The notes under the pieces are model-generated. The model saw nothing but the letters and a program-made list of their open reading frames with translations. It ran no database searches and was not told the DNA's origin. Below, one piece after another: positions 34,383-46,633 of a DNA stretch of 46,788 bases; position 1 is the first letter of the stretch, and the number at the start of each line of letters is the position of its first letter. The position numbers were made by a program, and so were the translations under genes. The DNA lies in the NCBI RefSeq assembly GCF_001949145.1, contig NW_019091357.1, positions 2,577,920 to 2,624,707 of the forward strand, read 5' to 3'. Source of the DNA: Acanthaster planci (taxonomy: Eukaryota).

Positions 34383-36259
34383 GTGACTGCCCTTCTCTTG
34401 ACGTACAGAATGCCATGTATACCCATATGGAGCTTCCAAAGTTTAACTAAACGTTCGGCAAGAACCTTGCGTCCTTGACCTAGGCACTTGACTTGTCTAA
34501 TACAATCAACCACACCCACATAATGAAAATCCCCAATGGCTACACTTCATTGAGTGGTCTACCACTGGCAGAGTTACCGTATCTCATGCCCATCACGTTG
34601 TAGGCGTTGACCTCGTACCACATAGGGTTAGTATATATGCCGTGTCACTGTGACGGGAGCTCTGTCTAATAGGGGAAGGAAAAGGGTCCGATTATCTCCC
34701 ACGAACCCCCCCCCCGGCAAAAGAGGCCTAGACCGCCTTAGGAATATAAATATTTGGAAAAAAATCAATCAAATATTATTTTGACGATGTATACTGAGTG
34801 ATCTGAAATTATCACACGAATTCACGTAATTCACAGGAATTACATTGTTCGGACTCGACTGTATTCGTGCGCACAAAATCAATTTCTGGGGTAATTTGTG
34901 GGAACGAATTAGTATTTCATTTCTACTTTAATTAGCAATTCAAGTTAACAAAATTTCACCCTATACAGAGTCCCGGGCTATATTTCGGAAGCTTAGGGTT
35001 CGTGTACGTGTGTGGCCCTTAATCAGGCACTGCAAGTTCTTTTTTATATGATGTCCGTGATTAAAAGCAGGACCGAGTTTCATCTCTCACGTGCATGGTA
35101 GCGCCCTCTATCAATGATATTTCGCTGTGTTTGACATCGACAGTACAGAATGTCTCGGGCTGTTAGGCAAAGAGAATGCAAATCCACTATTGGATTTAGT
35201 ATCGATACCCTTGGAGTTGGGGGCCGATACTAATTGGGTTCCATTGTCCAGTGGTTACAACTACTGCATCGATGACGCGAGCGGGCGTGCTTTAAATCTC
35301 AAGTCTGTTTATGGAGACTATTGCCATATGAGTCTCTCCATTTTTGTACGAACCAAAAAGGCGGCTTATGCGTCAGTGCACATGGACAATTCGCGCATGT
35401 TGTGCTTATTCACACATTACGAACAGCCATTTTGGTTCCAAAGTCTGAAGTTGGTGCTGCTCTCTCTATTTACTGCTCTGCCCTATTCCGATGCCGTCTT
35501 TACGACAGTGGCCAGATATTGGCAGAGAGGAAGGGTCGTGCACAGACGCGGGGGGGGGGTAGCCGAGTTTGAGACCCGCGCACGCCTAAAGGCCTTTTAC
35601 TCATTTTGGCTTCACGGGTGCTGTCATGGTTTTAATGCATTGATGATTCTCTTGGTATACAAAGTGTATTGTTTACTTAGGTCTATGTCCATCGTTTTCC
35701 TTAGATTTTATTTGATAAAGTCTTGCTCTACGAGCAGTATTTACAAACATCAATATAAATTGTAGCAAAAAGTATTCGCCAAAAAAAAGAAAGAAAAAAG
35801 CTGCAATTTTATATCCCAAAAGTAAATTAAATTAGTGGCTAAACTAAAATCTAACTGACGTAATTAAACTTAAAATGTCGTTTTTAAACGAGTAATAAGA
35901 AAAAAAAGAACGTGTGCGTGTACCAGGCTTTCTGAAAGAGCCACCCACTAGGTCGGCATATGGAAACTCATCAAATCTGTGATATTTTTATTATAAAAAG
36001 TCCAGTGTGATTGTGGCTGAGGGGACTCAACTCTCTTGTCATGGCTTGACCAGTGGAGCTCTTGAAGCATGCTACTGCATTTATATATACGATATACATC
36101 TATGCTGGTCGATTAATTCTAAAAAAAAACATATAAACCTTTGTACTTTGTTTTTCTGCAACGTAGTCTTGGGTAGGTTATTTCCCTCTTATGACAAATC
36201 TATTTGATCAAAGTGTATGTAGAAAATACAAATGTAAACAGAACAAAAATTGCAAAATC

Positions 36260-36740
36260 CTGGAACAACCACCACCACCATCCCCACCCAATCCCACCCA
36301 TATACCCCCACCCCCAACTAATCCCCTGCCCCACATTAAGAAATCCCCACCCCACACTAACAAAATGCCACCTCATCCCACCTTTTCCCCATTGCGCTCC
36401 ACGATATCTCCTTTCCATCCCAATCAAATCAATTCCCACCCTACCCAGGCAGAACCCCATCCAACATCACTATCGTACCTCATTCCACCCAACTAGTACG
36501 CAAAGGTTGGACTGAGCCCTTATTGGAATTGAAGCTTGTTTGATTCTACAGAAGACAAAAGACTCAAACGACTGTGCGCAAACATTACATGCACGGTATA
36601 TACGTGTACATGTAATACGAATGAAAACCTTGATCTAACCACCAAATAAATCCCCACCCCACGCAGACAAATCCCCAGCCCCCCATACAATAAGAAATTT
36701 TCACCTCCCCCTACCCAGCCCCCATTATATTCCACCATGA
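36260..36740. repeat. C/A-rich low-complexity tract (G-rich on the minus strand)
   Basis: Dense ccc/cccc/ccacc runs at 36260-36495 and 36635-36740. Confidence 0.8.
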
Positions 36741-36746
36741 TTTCCT

Positions 36747-36888
36747 CATGGGCCTAAAACATAATGACACCATGCTTTGTTAATATGTGCGCCTTCTTAT
36801 GGGGGCTCCGTGGATCACTTCCCACCTCACTGTCACAGAATTGCGCACATATAAACAAAGCGTGACGTCATTACGTTACAGGTCTATG
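36747..36888. mobile_element. MITE family C with TIRs near 45 bp
   Basis: catgggcctaaaacataatgacaccatgctttgttaatatgtgcgc ... gcgcacatataaacaaagcgtgacgtcattacgttacaggtctatg. Confidence 0.75.
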
Positions 36889-37086
36889 CTATCCCACCAA
36901 ACACACAAATATCCACCCACGTAGCCACACCCCCATCCCCTACCCCCACTCTACCCCAAAAATCCCTAACCAAGGGTTTAGAACTGGGATTAGCAGAGAA
37001 TTGAATGCTAAACTACCTCTAATCAGTACCTTCGGGAGACATTATACTTACAACCATTACGCACGATCTCCGGGTTGTTTTTAAAA

Positions 37087-37340
37087 TCAGATTTCCATTT
37101 CATACGCAGGGTTGTAGGTCCCCACACTGCGATGTTTGATATCCTCCACAGGCGGAACCTTCGTGCTATTGCCTTGGTAGTTGTTATTGACATCATCCAC
37201 TGGTCTTCGGCAGCATGGCACCCGGGACACGAGCGCCCTCTTGAGGGGGATAGACAGCGCGCACAGCACCGACGTGACGAAACTGGCCACTACCACAAAC
37301 AGGCTCAAGGTGTAGTCGCCCGTCAAGTCGTAGAAAGCAC
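37087..37340 (-). CDS. SLC16-like paralog 2 exon 6
   Basis: gacag| acceptor; AFYDLTGDY...AYEMEI-TGA. Confidence 0.9.
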
Positions 37341-40300
37341 CTGTCGAGAGAAATGCACGTCAATACACATGTCACAAGGCAAATCGTCAGAGCAGGGTAT
37401 CAGATCAACCGGCTGTTGGCGTCAGCCACGGGTTCCGAATTGTGTGACTGACTAGGCCCCCCTACCAACTTTACTTATCACCTGGTTACTGTTCGGACAG
37501 AATGGGGNNNNNNNNNNNNNNNNNNNNNNNAATATTTTGTGAGGAAATTTCTAAAGAAAAAAATAGACTCAACAGCACGATTAATAGATTCCACGTCTAT
37601 ATCCATAATGTTCTTGAGTTTTGGGTAGGACAAAAATGAACAATGTAAACGCATTTTCATGTGTGCTTTCTTCTTATTTTAGGGCTAGATCTTGTTTATC
37701 AGTGTGTCCCATGTTCCCATGTTTTACCTCAATAGGATGGCGGTTTCTGTGCCGCCCGTAAATAAAAACAACTATGAAACAGTCAACAACGACTATGTAT
37801 ATTGAAAAAGTATTGTAACATACTGTCAACAAAAGAAAGCCAATAACCTGTTAATGGCGAGCCAATCAATACGCCTGTTCCGTACCCGAGCACAGAAATG
37901 GCGACAATGGTGCGAGGACTGTAATTTGTAAACAACTCAGCCGCTGCTACGTAGGTAAGGCCATAGAGGACTCCGCGACAGAAGCCCCAAACTAGAAGAA
38001 AAAATTGAGATTTTTATGTGCTGAGGAGAAAGCGTGAAGGATAAAAACAACATTGCTCAAGGAAAACACCCATTATGAGAAGCCAGCCTCCCTATTAATT
38101 TGACCGTTGAGCGGGCACATCAGTTAGGCTTAGCAACACCTTACTTGAAAACCACAACAATAACAGAAAATTTGCGCTAAAGTATTTTTAACAATGCTCG
38201 AAAGTAAATCCCTTCTGTTCCTGGGAAAGGTACTTCTGATCTTATCTGTCTCAAAGCCGTTACGGCTGATTGATCAATCCGTTTGATTAAGATCAGGTAT
38301 AATAATTACTCTCATGTCAAAGACGAAATTTGACTGAAACGTTATTTCTTAACGACGCCATGACGGAAATGATCTATTGCACCTGTTAAGTCACGTGACC
38401 AGTAGTGGGTATCTAATACCAGCAAACATATCGTCCTCCCATAGCAAAGTGTGTTATAAGTGTTAATTGATTACCAGAAAAAAAGCCGACATACAGTGTA
38501 GTGCTGCTCGAGACTACTGACGCGCTGAGTACCGTATTGATAATACAGGGGATTTTCAATAGTGCACCTCCAAGAGTCACCAGTCACAATGCGCGAAATT
38601 TGTCGACCTTTCCAAACACCAAATGGGTCGACAGATTTCGTGCATTATGACTAGTTGACAGGTTGCAAACTCTTGGAGGCGCACTCTTGTGAATCGCCCA
38701 TATTGGCTTTTTTCGTAAACTCCCACTTTAGTACGGGAGAAAACCATGTTTGTTGATATTTGATACCTATTTCAGGTCGCGTAACTGAGCAGGTGCAATC
38801 GGTCTATTATAGTAAGCACGTTAGCATTATGTGGACCAGTGTCTTACCGACTGATAAGACGACTATGCTCCAGAACGCCGAACAGAGTGTCAGGAAACCC
38901 GACACAAGAGCTCCTCCGCCGGAGCTAGCCACTGCTACGTACAGCTTCAGGCACGGCAGACGGTCCCCAAACACGGCAAAAGCTAGTTTGCCCCCGACCT
39001 CCGCCGCTCCAAAAACCGTCAGAGCTATCGATACCTCCTGGGTAGCCAGCCCGATCCCGTCCATAAAACTCGACTTTTTGATGAGGAAAAGAAGAATATC
39101 ACAGGTCCATAAAATGTCAGTATCTTGTTAATTAACTTCGATATCTTCCAGCGGTTAGCTCGACATAACGACAAATTACGATATTGACCGGATTGTCTAA
39201 TTTTTCAAAGATTATACATGTAACGTCACCGGAATGGCAGCTTTAATTGTCTCTCAGCATGTCAAAGGTCATAAACTATGGTGGTCACGAAGGAACATTC
39301 ACTGTCAAGCACGATTCTGGCACACAACACTTAAATTCTTTCAATCATCACAGGGGAACATTGTCCGAAAAGGAATTTTACGAATTGATCTTTGCTTAGT
39401 GGATCTGCTCTTGACTTTTTAAAATCTTGTTAACATTAATTTTTTTTAACGCTCGTACAGTTATGTAGCATCGTTTCCATTAGACTTCTTCACAGCAAGA
39501 ATGGCCTATCCACAACTTGTTTATTAGATGGTACTTACGAAGTTGATAATGGCAAAGGTCCAGCCGAGCTGAGCGGTGGTGATGGATGACACCCACAGCC
39601 ACACCTCGATATTCAACACTTTCTCGCAAAACGACTTCAGACTCCCACCGCGACGGGGGACACAGCTTGCCGAGTCCGAGCCGCTTGACAACACACCGCT
39701 AGCGCCTCGGCCCTGGTCGCATTTGCTGGACTCCTCCGGAACCTTTTTTCCGGAGCTGTCGCCTTGATCGCTCGTCGGTTCTTTCTCTGCGGGCTTGAGG
39801 AATGGCAGGGCCGTCAGCAGTCCGACAGCCAGCGTGATACCGCTGAGGATGCGGAAGGTATTCCTCCATCCGTAAGACGCGGTGAGAGAATTGAGGACAG
39901 GCCCAAAAACCATCACACCTTTCAGAGAAAACATACGGTCAAGGAAACTGCAAAATGATACCACGCTGCAATCTTTGTGGTGTAAATTGAAAAACTTTAA
40001 TTTAGACACATAAGACTTGCACAACTGCAATATTGCCATATATAATGTAGATTAAAAAATACATTGTATACTCAAACAACACATCGGCCGGGATGTAGTA
40101 GGAATGTTTTTGGTTTTATTTTATTTTGCTATATTTCTATGCAAGTTGAACAAAGAAGAACCGACCATGCCATTTCAATTTTTGGTGTTTGTGATATTGA
40201 CTTCCTAATAGACCGATTGCTCCAGTTAAGTTACATGACCTACAGTGGGTACCGAACATCAACAAACACGGCATCCTTCCAAAGCAAAGTGTGTCCTAAG

Positions 40301-43300
40301 TGTCGTTTGGCGAAAATAAAGCCGATTTCGGTATAGCACATCAGTAGTCTGGTTACTTTACCGTCGGTTTCACTTTTGGTAAATGACACTTATGACATAC
40401 ATTGCTGTGGGAGAACGCTTTGCTGATGTTTGATATCTACTATAGGTCACGTGAGTCAGCGGGCGCAATCGGTCTATTGCACTTTTGCAGACAGTAATGA
40501 TGATGTTGGTTTGTGGATGCCTAATTGACTCTTCGGTTAACTGGGGGACATTTTTGCGGGGCGGGGGGGGGGACGTGGGGTCCTCATCTTCTAGAGGGGG
40601 CGATCAATGTGTCCCCTGGTCACAATTAAAACAATGAAACAGACCAAGGTGGACTTCCATAGCTTTCTTTCCTTCTATAATTTCTGACGGGGGGAATACG
40701 GAAGGCACAGTAGGGGCGTGCCCTATTCCCCCTCAGTTACGCCAAAGGCTGGACTTATAATTATACCCACCAACGGAGGATCCAATCACTGTGCCCCCTG
40801 TTACCCGGCAGGTGTCCCCTCGGCCCTGGTACCACTCCACCAGCACACTGGTAGACCCACAGAACATGAAACACTTGCCCAGCCCCGTGATCATGCCGTA
40901 CGTCAGGTAGGCTGGGGCCAGCGAAGAAATGAAGGAAGTGGCTAGGTATCCGGCCGCCGTCAGAATAACGCCAAAGCAAACCACGCGTCCGTTGCCGATC
41001 TTCCAGCCAAGGGCGGCCGTCAACGGGGAGAGACCACACAGCATAGCGGAGGCCAACGAGCCCACCCATCCTGACAGCAAAATAGTACGGTTGGATGTGT
41101 TACTGTGTTACTTGGAATCTACAACTCTGCTGGATGAAATTGTATGCTGTCAAAACACAAGTAGCCTTAGTGAAAGAACTACATTATTATTTTTTTTTGG
41201 CACTTGCGTATTACTGGTCGAATACATAACCAAACGGTGACTCAGTTCGATGTAATTACCGTTTTGGAATCGTAATCAGGTCAGCTACTGTCAAATCTTA
41301 TACCGTAACGATTTATATCACACGGGTCTACTTACTGGTCATGCCACCGTGGCGAAATGACACCCACGTCCGTTCCGGTGTTATTTCCTGAAACCTGTTA
41401 CATGTCAAGTTTTGTAAAGTTTCGCGGAGTAACACCCAAGATGCACCAAAGACTTGCTCGGCTATGGAAATTTAAAGGGGGTGGGGTGGGCGTATATAGA
41501 GGGCGATGTTCATGATAAAGATGTACATTTGTAATGTGTATCGAATTCGTGCAGAATCTTACATCAAAATGCTATACTTATTCCCTTTTTAGTGATATTG
41601 CAAACATTTCAGTGGTTGGACAACTCTGAAAATTCTTCACAATCCGCTTTCATTTTGGTGGTCATCACAAAAATAAGCGAGGGGTGATTCAAAAGCCCAT
41701 CCCCCTCCGCAACTTGAAAATTGTTGGGGAATATATACCCCTATCCCAGGATTTACGCCCATGGGTTGACGAGAATTACAGAACAATTAAATAAATATGC
41801 GGATGTAAATCCGTGAAAACGAAAATCACTAAATTTCTGTAAGATATGCCTGCGTGGCCCGCACTCAAGTCCACTTGAGTGTTACTTGCTCCGCTGACAC
41901 AATTATAAGGGCCAAAATGTAAGGTTTCGATAGTTGAAGTGGTTCGTCAGCTGAATATCTTGAATGCAGATTTTCTTATTATTGATGAATCACATACGGG
42001 GATTTTTTGACATTTTTCCCGAGAACTTGGCCATTTAACGGAGACGTCTGTAATCCACGCGCATTACCGTCAATGACAAGTGTTAGCTGCAGGGTTTAAG
42101 AGAAAAAAAATAGTCTCCATGTCCAAACATATTTGCCGCAGATTTTCACACGGTACACTTTTATGACGGAATGTCACACCGGTCTACGACCGTGGATGGC
42201 CGGTCTGAGCATACCGCGGCTGTCCCTTCCTCAACTGCCGCCGATCGGGCATAGCGCTCAAAATTGTTTTCATCTCACACAGTGAGGACTGATCGTAGTT
42301 GGAAATTCTTTTACTGCATGCCCAGCACTCAAACATCGGTGATTGATCGAAACCGTTCGTAATAACAAGTTTCTAAAAATGTAGCTATAGCTAAAAACTA
42401 TGAATCTATATGTACATGATGTGCCCACAACTCATTCAGATTGACACCTTTGTCAACTCACAACCTCTGTCGTCAGGAAAAATAAATTTCCGTCTGTGGA
42501 AATTGACTTTGTTTTCTTGAACAAAAAGTGATCGTTTATTACACGGTTCCTTTCTCGAATACAACCTCGTATGAAGTATATAGGTCCCATAGCATGCATA
42601 AATTCCCCTCTCTCGTCTCTCCCAAATATCTGTGAACTTCCAATCGGCCTACCTGTGGAAACAGCACTGGTCTTAAACTCAGTCTGCAGTGGTATCAAAA
42701 AGACGCTGTAGTTGTACACGGGACCAACGGACNCGGCCACACCACCGTGGGGAAATGACACCCACGTCCGTTCCATTGTTATTTCCTGAAACCTGCTACG
42801 AGACAAGTTTTGTAAAGTTTCGCGGAGTAATACCCAAGTGTAGTGAACGCAGCAACACTAGAACAGAAATGTAATTCTCATAAAGCGTTTTATAAAACTG
42901 TTGACGCAGTGGCGTAAATTTGTGTTGGAAATTGGGTTTGGGTTGGGGGATGACTTGCCCGGCCATGAAAATTTAAAGGGGGGCGGGTGGGGCGATACCA
43001 TATACACTATATAGAGGGCGATGTTCATGATAAAGATGTGCATCTGTAATGTGTGTCAAATTCATGCAGAATCTTACATCAAAATGCTATACTTATTGCT
43101 TTTAAAATTAATTTCCCTTTTTAGTGATATTGTTAACATTTCAGTGGTTGGACAACCCTGAAAATTCTTCACAATCTGCTTTCATTTTGTTGGTCATACC
43201 AAAAATATACGAGGGGGGATTCAAAAGCCCATCCCCTTCCTCAACTTGAAAATTGTGAGGGAACATATACCCCTATCTCCAGGATTTACGCCCATGGGTT

Positions 43301-44361
43301 GACGGGAATTACAGAACAATTAAATAAATATGCGGATGTAAATCCGTGAAAACGAAAATCACTAATTTTCTGTAAGATATGCCTGCGTGGCCCGCACTCA
43401 AGTCCACTTTAGTGTTACTTGCGCCGCTGACACAATTATATGGGCCAAAATGTAAGGTTTCGATAGTTGAAGTGGTTCCTCATCTGAATATCTTGAATGC
43501 AGATTTTCTTATTATTGATGAATCATATACGGAGAGTTGTTGACATTTTCCGGAGAACTTGGACATTTAACGGTGACGTCTGTAATCCATGCGCATTACC
43601 GTCAATGACAAGTGTTAGCTGCAGGATTTAAGAGAGAAAAAATAGTCTCCATGTCCAAACATATTTCGTGCAGATTTTTACAACATTTATGACGGAATGT
43701 CGCACCGTTCTACGACCGTGCACGTGGATTGCCAGTCTGAGCGTACCGCGGTTGCCTCTTCCTCAACTGGCGCTGATCGGGCATAGCGCTCGAAATTGTT
43801 TTCATCGCGCGCCGGGCACAACAGTCCAGCACTCTCACAGTGAGGACTCATCGTATTCGAAATTCTTTTACTGCATGTCCAGCATATATTAACCTCCTCG
43901 TACTCAAACAGTGAGGATTGATCGAAACCGCTAGTAATAACAAGTTACTAAAAAAAACGTAGCAGACCTATGAATCTATACCTGCACGGTGTACCCACAA
44001 GTCATTCGGATTGACATCTTTGTCACCTCAAAATCTCTATCTTCAGGAAAAATAAATTTCCGTCCGATGAAATTGACTTTTTTTCCTTGAACAAAAAGTG
44101 ATCTTCTATTATACGGTTTCTTTCTTGAATATAACTTCGTATGAAGTATACAGGTCCCATAGCATGCATAAAATCCCTTGTCTCTCGTCTCTCCCCAACA
44201 TCTGTGAACTTCCAATCGGCCTACCTGTGGAAACAGCACTGGTCTTAAACTCAGTCTGCAGTGGTATCAAAAAGACGCTGTAGTTGTACACGGGACCAAC
44301 GGATNACCAGGAACTGAAGGAAAACGGCAACAACGATCAGAAGTCTCCAGTAGCGTGACAT
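37087..44361 (-). CDS. SLC16-like transporter paralog 2; 6 exons, about 479 aa
   Basis: Exons 44361-44225 (in frame if the single N at 44305 is ignored), 41070-40771, 39918-39539, 39073-38848, 37991-37848 and 37340-37087. Internal exon lengths (300/380/226/144) and phases are identical to paralog 1. Confidence 0.87.
37848..37991 (-). CDS. SLC16-like paralog 2 exon 5
   Basis: AG/GT flanked, 144 nt, absent from the ORF track; WGFCRGVLYGLTYVAAAELF...LIGSPLT. Confidence 0.88.
38367..38808. mobile_element. Foldback MITE family B, interrupted by a family A insertion
   Basis: Ends aaatgatctattgcacctg / caggtgcaatcggtctatt; homologous to 40207-40478 in the opposite orientation. Confidence 0.75.
38542..38704. 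mobile_element. Foldback MITE family A copy 3 (nested)
   Basis: aatac...agtgcacctccaagagt...actcttggaggcgcact...atatt. Confidence 0.82.
38848..39073 (-). CDS. SLC16-like paralog 2 exon 4
   Basis: AG/GT flanked, 226 nt; SSFMDGIG...SIVVLSV. Confidence 0.9.
39539..39918 (-). CDS. SLC16-like paralog 2 exon 3
   Basis: AG/GT flanked, 380 nt; VMVFGPVLN...GWTFAIINF. Confidence 0.9.
40207..40478. mobile_element. Foldback MITE family B, intact
   Basis: Perfect 14-bp ends aatagaccgattgc / gcaatcggtctatt with long imperfect arms. Confidence 0.82.
40771..41070 (-). CDS. SLC16-like paralog 2 exon 2
   Basis: AG/GT flanked, 300 nt; WVGSLASAML...VIGSSV. Confidence 0.9.
41344..44304. repeat. Tandem near-duplicate of about 1.4-1.6 kb (41344-42732 vs 42742-44304), probably an uncollapsed haplotype
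   Basis: Colinear throughout with substitutions and indels; the second copy is bounded by single Ns at 42733 and 44305. Confidence 0.9.
42653..42732 (-). other. Second, partial copy of paralog 2 exon 1 ending at an N; likely the alternative haplotype
   Basis: SVGPVYNYSVFLIPLQTEFKTSAVST matches 44225-44303 and is truncated at the N at 42733. Confidence 0.75.
44225..44361 (-). CDS. SLC16-like paralog 2 exon 1 (contains an N at 44305)
   Basis: MSRYWRLLIVVAVFLQFLV-SVGPVYNYSVFLIPLQTEFKTSAVST then G|gtagg. Confidence 0.8.
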
Positions 44362-44846
44362 ATTGGTTGTGGTCCAACCGAAGGCAACTGCATACGGCAG
44401 GCTGGGCTCTTTTGGGGCCTATGTATTGCGGTCGCGATGTAATTGCACGATACGATACGCGAATACGGTGCGTTTGGCCTGGCAAAAATAAGCCTTTGCG
44501 AGTTAAATTTGAATAACATCTGGTACACTCTGCTATCTCATTTCACACAGACATAACAATTCGAATTCCCTGGACAAAAGACACTGTTGCTATACCTCGT
44601 GATTCAGGGCAAGCTTTTGCTAAGCGACCACCATCCCTGGAATGGAGTGGTTCCTTTGTGCCCTTTCTTTTCCATTGAGAACGGTGTATTGTTGCAAGGC
44701 ATCTCTTATGTAACTAAGGAAAAGCTTGCCCAGATCAGAGGTATAGAAACAGTGTCTTTAGTATGGAGAATTCAATTTGTTCTGTTCATGTGAATTCGGA
44801 GATAGAATCCTCAACACCCTGTCTTCTTTTCAGAACAAAATACAAA

Positions 44847-45123
44847 AGTGGCGTATCTGGCGGGCGGGGGGAGGGACTTGCCCTCTGGAGCAGTTTAGTT
44901 TTTTATTGTTTTTTACCAAAACTCTTCATAAGTGAGTAGGACAGACAGTAATCGGTACTAGCACAAAAACCCTAAGTAAAACAACACCAGCAAAAAAAAG
45001 CAAGGACTGTGACAAAGGTTTTCTTAATTTTTTTTCTCCTGCAACATCACGAAGAATGAGCCCGTGGCAGCATTCGCTTTTGAATTTGCCCCCTCCCCAC
45101 ACCAAAAGCTGGATACGCCCCTG
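44847..45123. mobile_element. AGTGGCGTA-ended MITE-like element upstream of paralog 2
   Basis: agtggcgtatctgg ... ctggatacgcccctg. Confidence 0.55.
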
Positions 45124-46379
45124 CTCACGAGCCTATTCGCAATCCATGGACTTTGGGCGAGTGGCCTCACAAATAGTTCTGTCCTGCACATGCCCCCAAA
45201 TGGGCCGCTAAAAAACCTCAAGGAATTGCTTCTCTTTTCATGAACTAACATTATAATAAAAAAATCACGCCATTATTTAGAGATTTTGTTTTTCCATGTT
45301 CACTCTTTCCTTAGATTTATTGACTTTGATTAAAGTAATGACCTTAACAATTTTCCATAATGAAGTAGTCCTCTCTTAAATCCAGTAGATGAGTAAATAC
45401 ATGTAGTAAGTTATAGGACAATTTATCACTTCAAATTAAAGGGCGCATTGTACCGATTATTCTTCTAACTTCAATTTCATTGCAAATAATGTCCATAATC
45501 TGGAATTGCAAACACACAAGCTCGAATTGACAAACTGGTTTCCAGTCATTTCTCCTGTGTCTGAGGTACCTTTTTCCGGAGTCGTCACTAACATAATGAC
45601 CAAACTGTTCAGGTCAGAGAAGTGATGACACCAGCCTCGCACCACATTCATTTCAATGAGACGAAACAATGAGCGTCTAGCTTTCTCCAGCGAAGTGAGT
45701 CGTTTCAGCAAACTCTAGGTACATCCGGGAAGTCAATTTAGATAGCCATACTGAGTGATAGTTAACAAACCCAAACCAACAGGTGGGTAGGCCCGGAACA
45801 CGCCAGGTAATATGGTTGAGTAAAAATCTGCTCCTTGTAGCCTAATGGAATACAAGATTTACATTTCAGACTTTAACGAATACATGCAACTTAAAACTCA
45901 ACGAACAGTACAAACTATATATAGACCTATATAAACAAACACCTATACCTTGACACCCACACCCTAAAACATTAAAAATCTCCATACAACAACAACAAAC
46001 ATATTAATGAAACGGCAGGAGCGCACTGAGAGAGTTATTTTCAAGTTGTATAATGGTGTGGGAGGGTCGGGGAACTGTTAAACAGCCGGGGAGTGGGGGT
46101 TTCGGTTACAGGAAGCCCCTTTTTAAGACGATTGTTTTGAAATGGTTGTTACACATTTCGGTAAAGACACGAATCGGCGTACGCCTCTCGTACACCAACC
46201 CACAACCTTGTGGGATAGTTGTTTGGTCAAACAAAAAAGTCACTCAAAAAGGTTTTGTAGTTGTAGAGACGACAGCTGTTAAGGTTCGTACAACATGAGA
46301 ATGTCCGTCTACCAAAGGTATCGAGTGGGGTTACTTACCATAAATAATAATGTTACAATTCCAAAGTTATTAATTCGAA

Positions 46380-46633
46380 CTAGATTTCCATTTCATACGC
46401 AGGGTTGTAGGTCCCCACACTGCGATGTTTGATATCCTCCACAGGCGGAACCGTCGTGTCATCGTCTTGGTTGTTGTTATTGACATCATCCGCTGGTCTC
46501 CGGCAGCATGGCAGCCGGGACACAAGCGCCCTCTTGAGGGGGATGGACAGCGCGCACAGCACCGACGTGACGAAACTGGCCACTACCACAAACAGGCTCA
46601 AGGTGTAGTCGCCCGTCAAGTCGTAGAAAGCAC
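46380..46633 (-). CDS. Last coding exon of a third SLC16-like paralog (rest lies beyond the window)
   Basis: ggcag| acceptor; AFYDLTGDY...AYEMEI-TAG; about 11 nt differences from paralog 2 exon 6 by manual count. Confidence 0.85.

Noticed and set aside
36191..36515. Pro/His-rich and Gly/Trp-rich ORFs
   Set aside because: Translation of low-complexity C-rich DNA with no splice or homology support.
33848..36887. Invertible cassette (core inverted, CRE flank direct)
   Set aside because: Explained by one palindromic MITE family inserted in opposite orientations.
44225..44361. Frameshift pseudogenisation of paralog 2
   Set aside because: The shift is caused only by one N; all other exons are intact and in phase.
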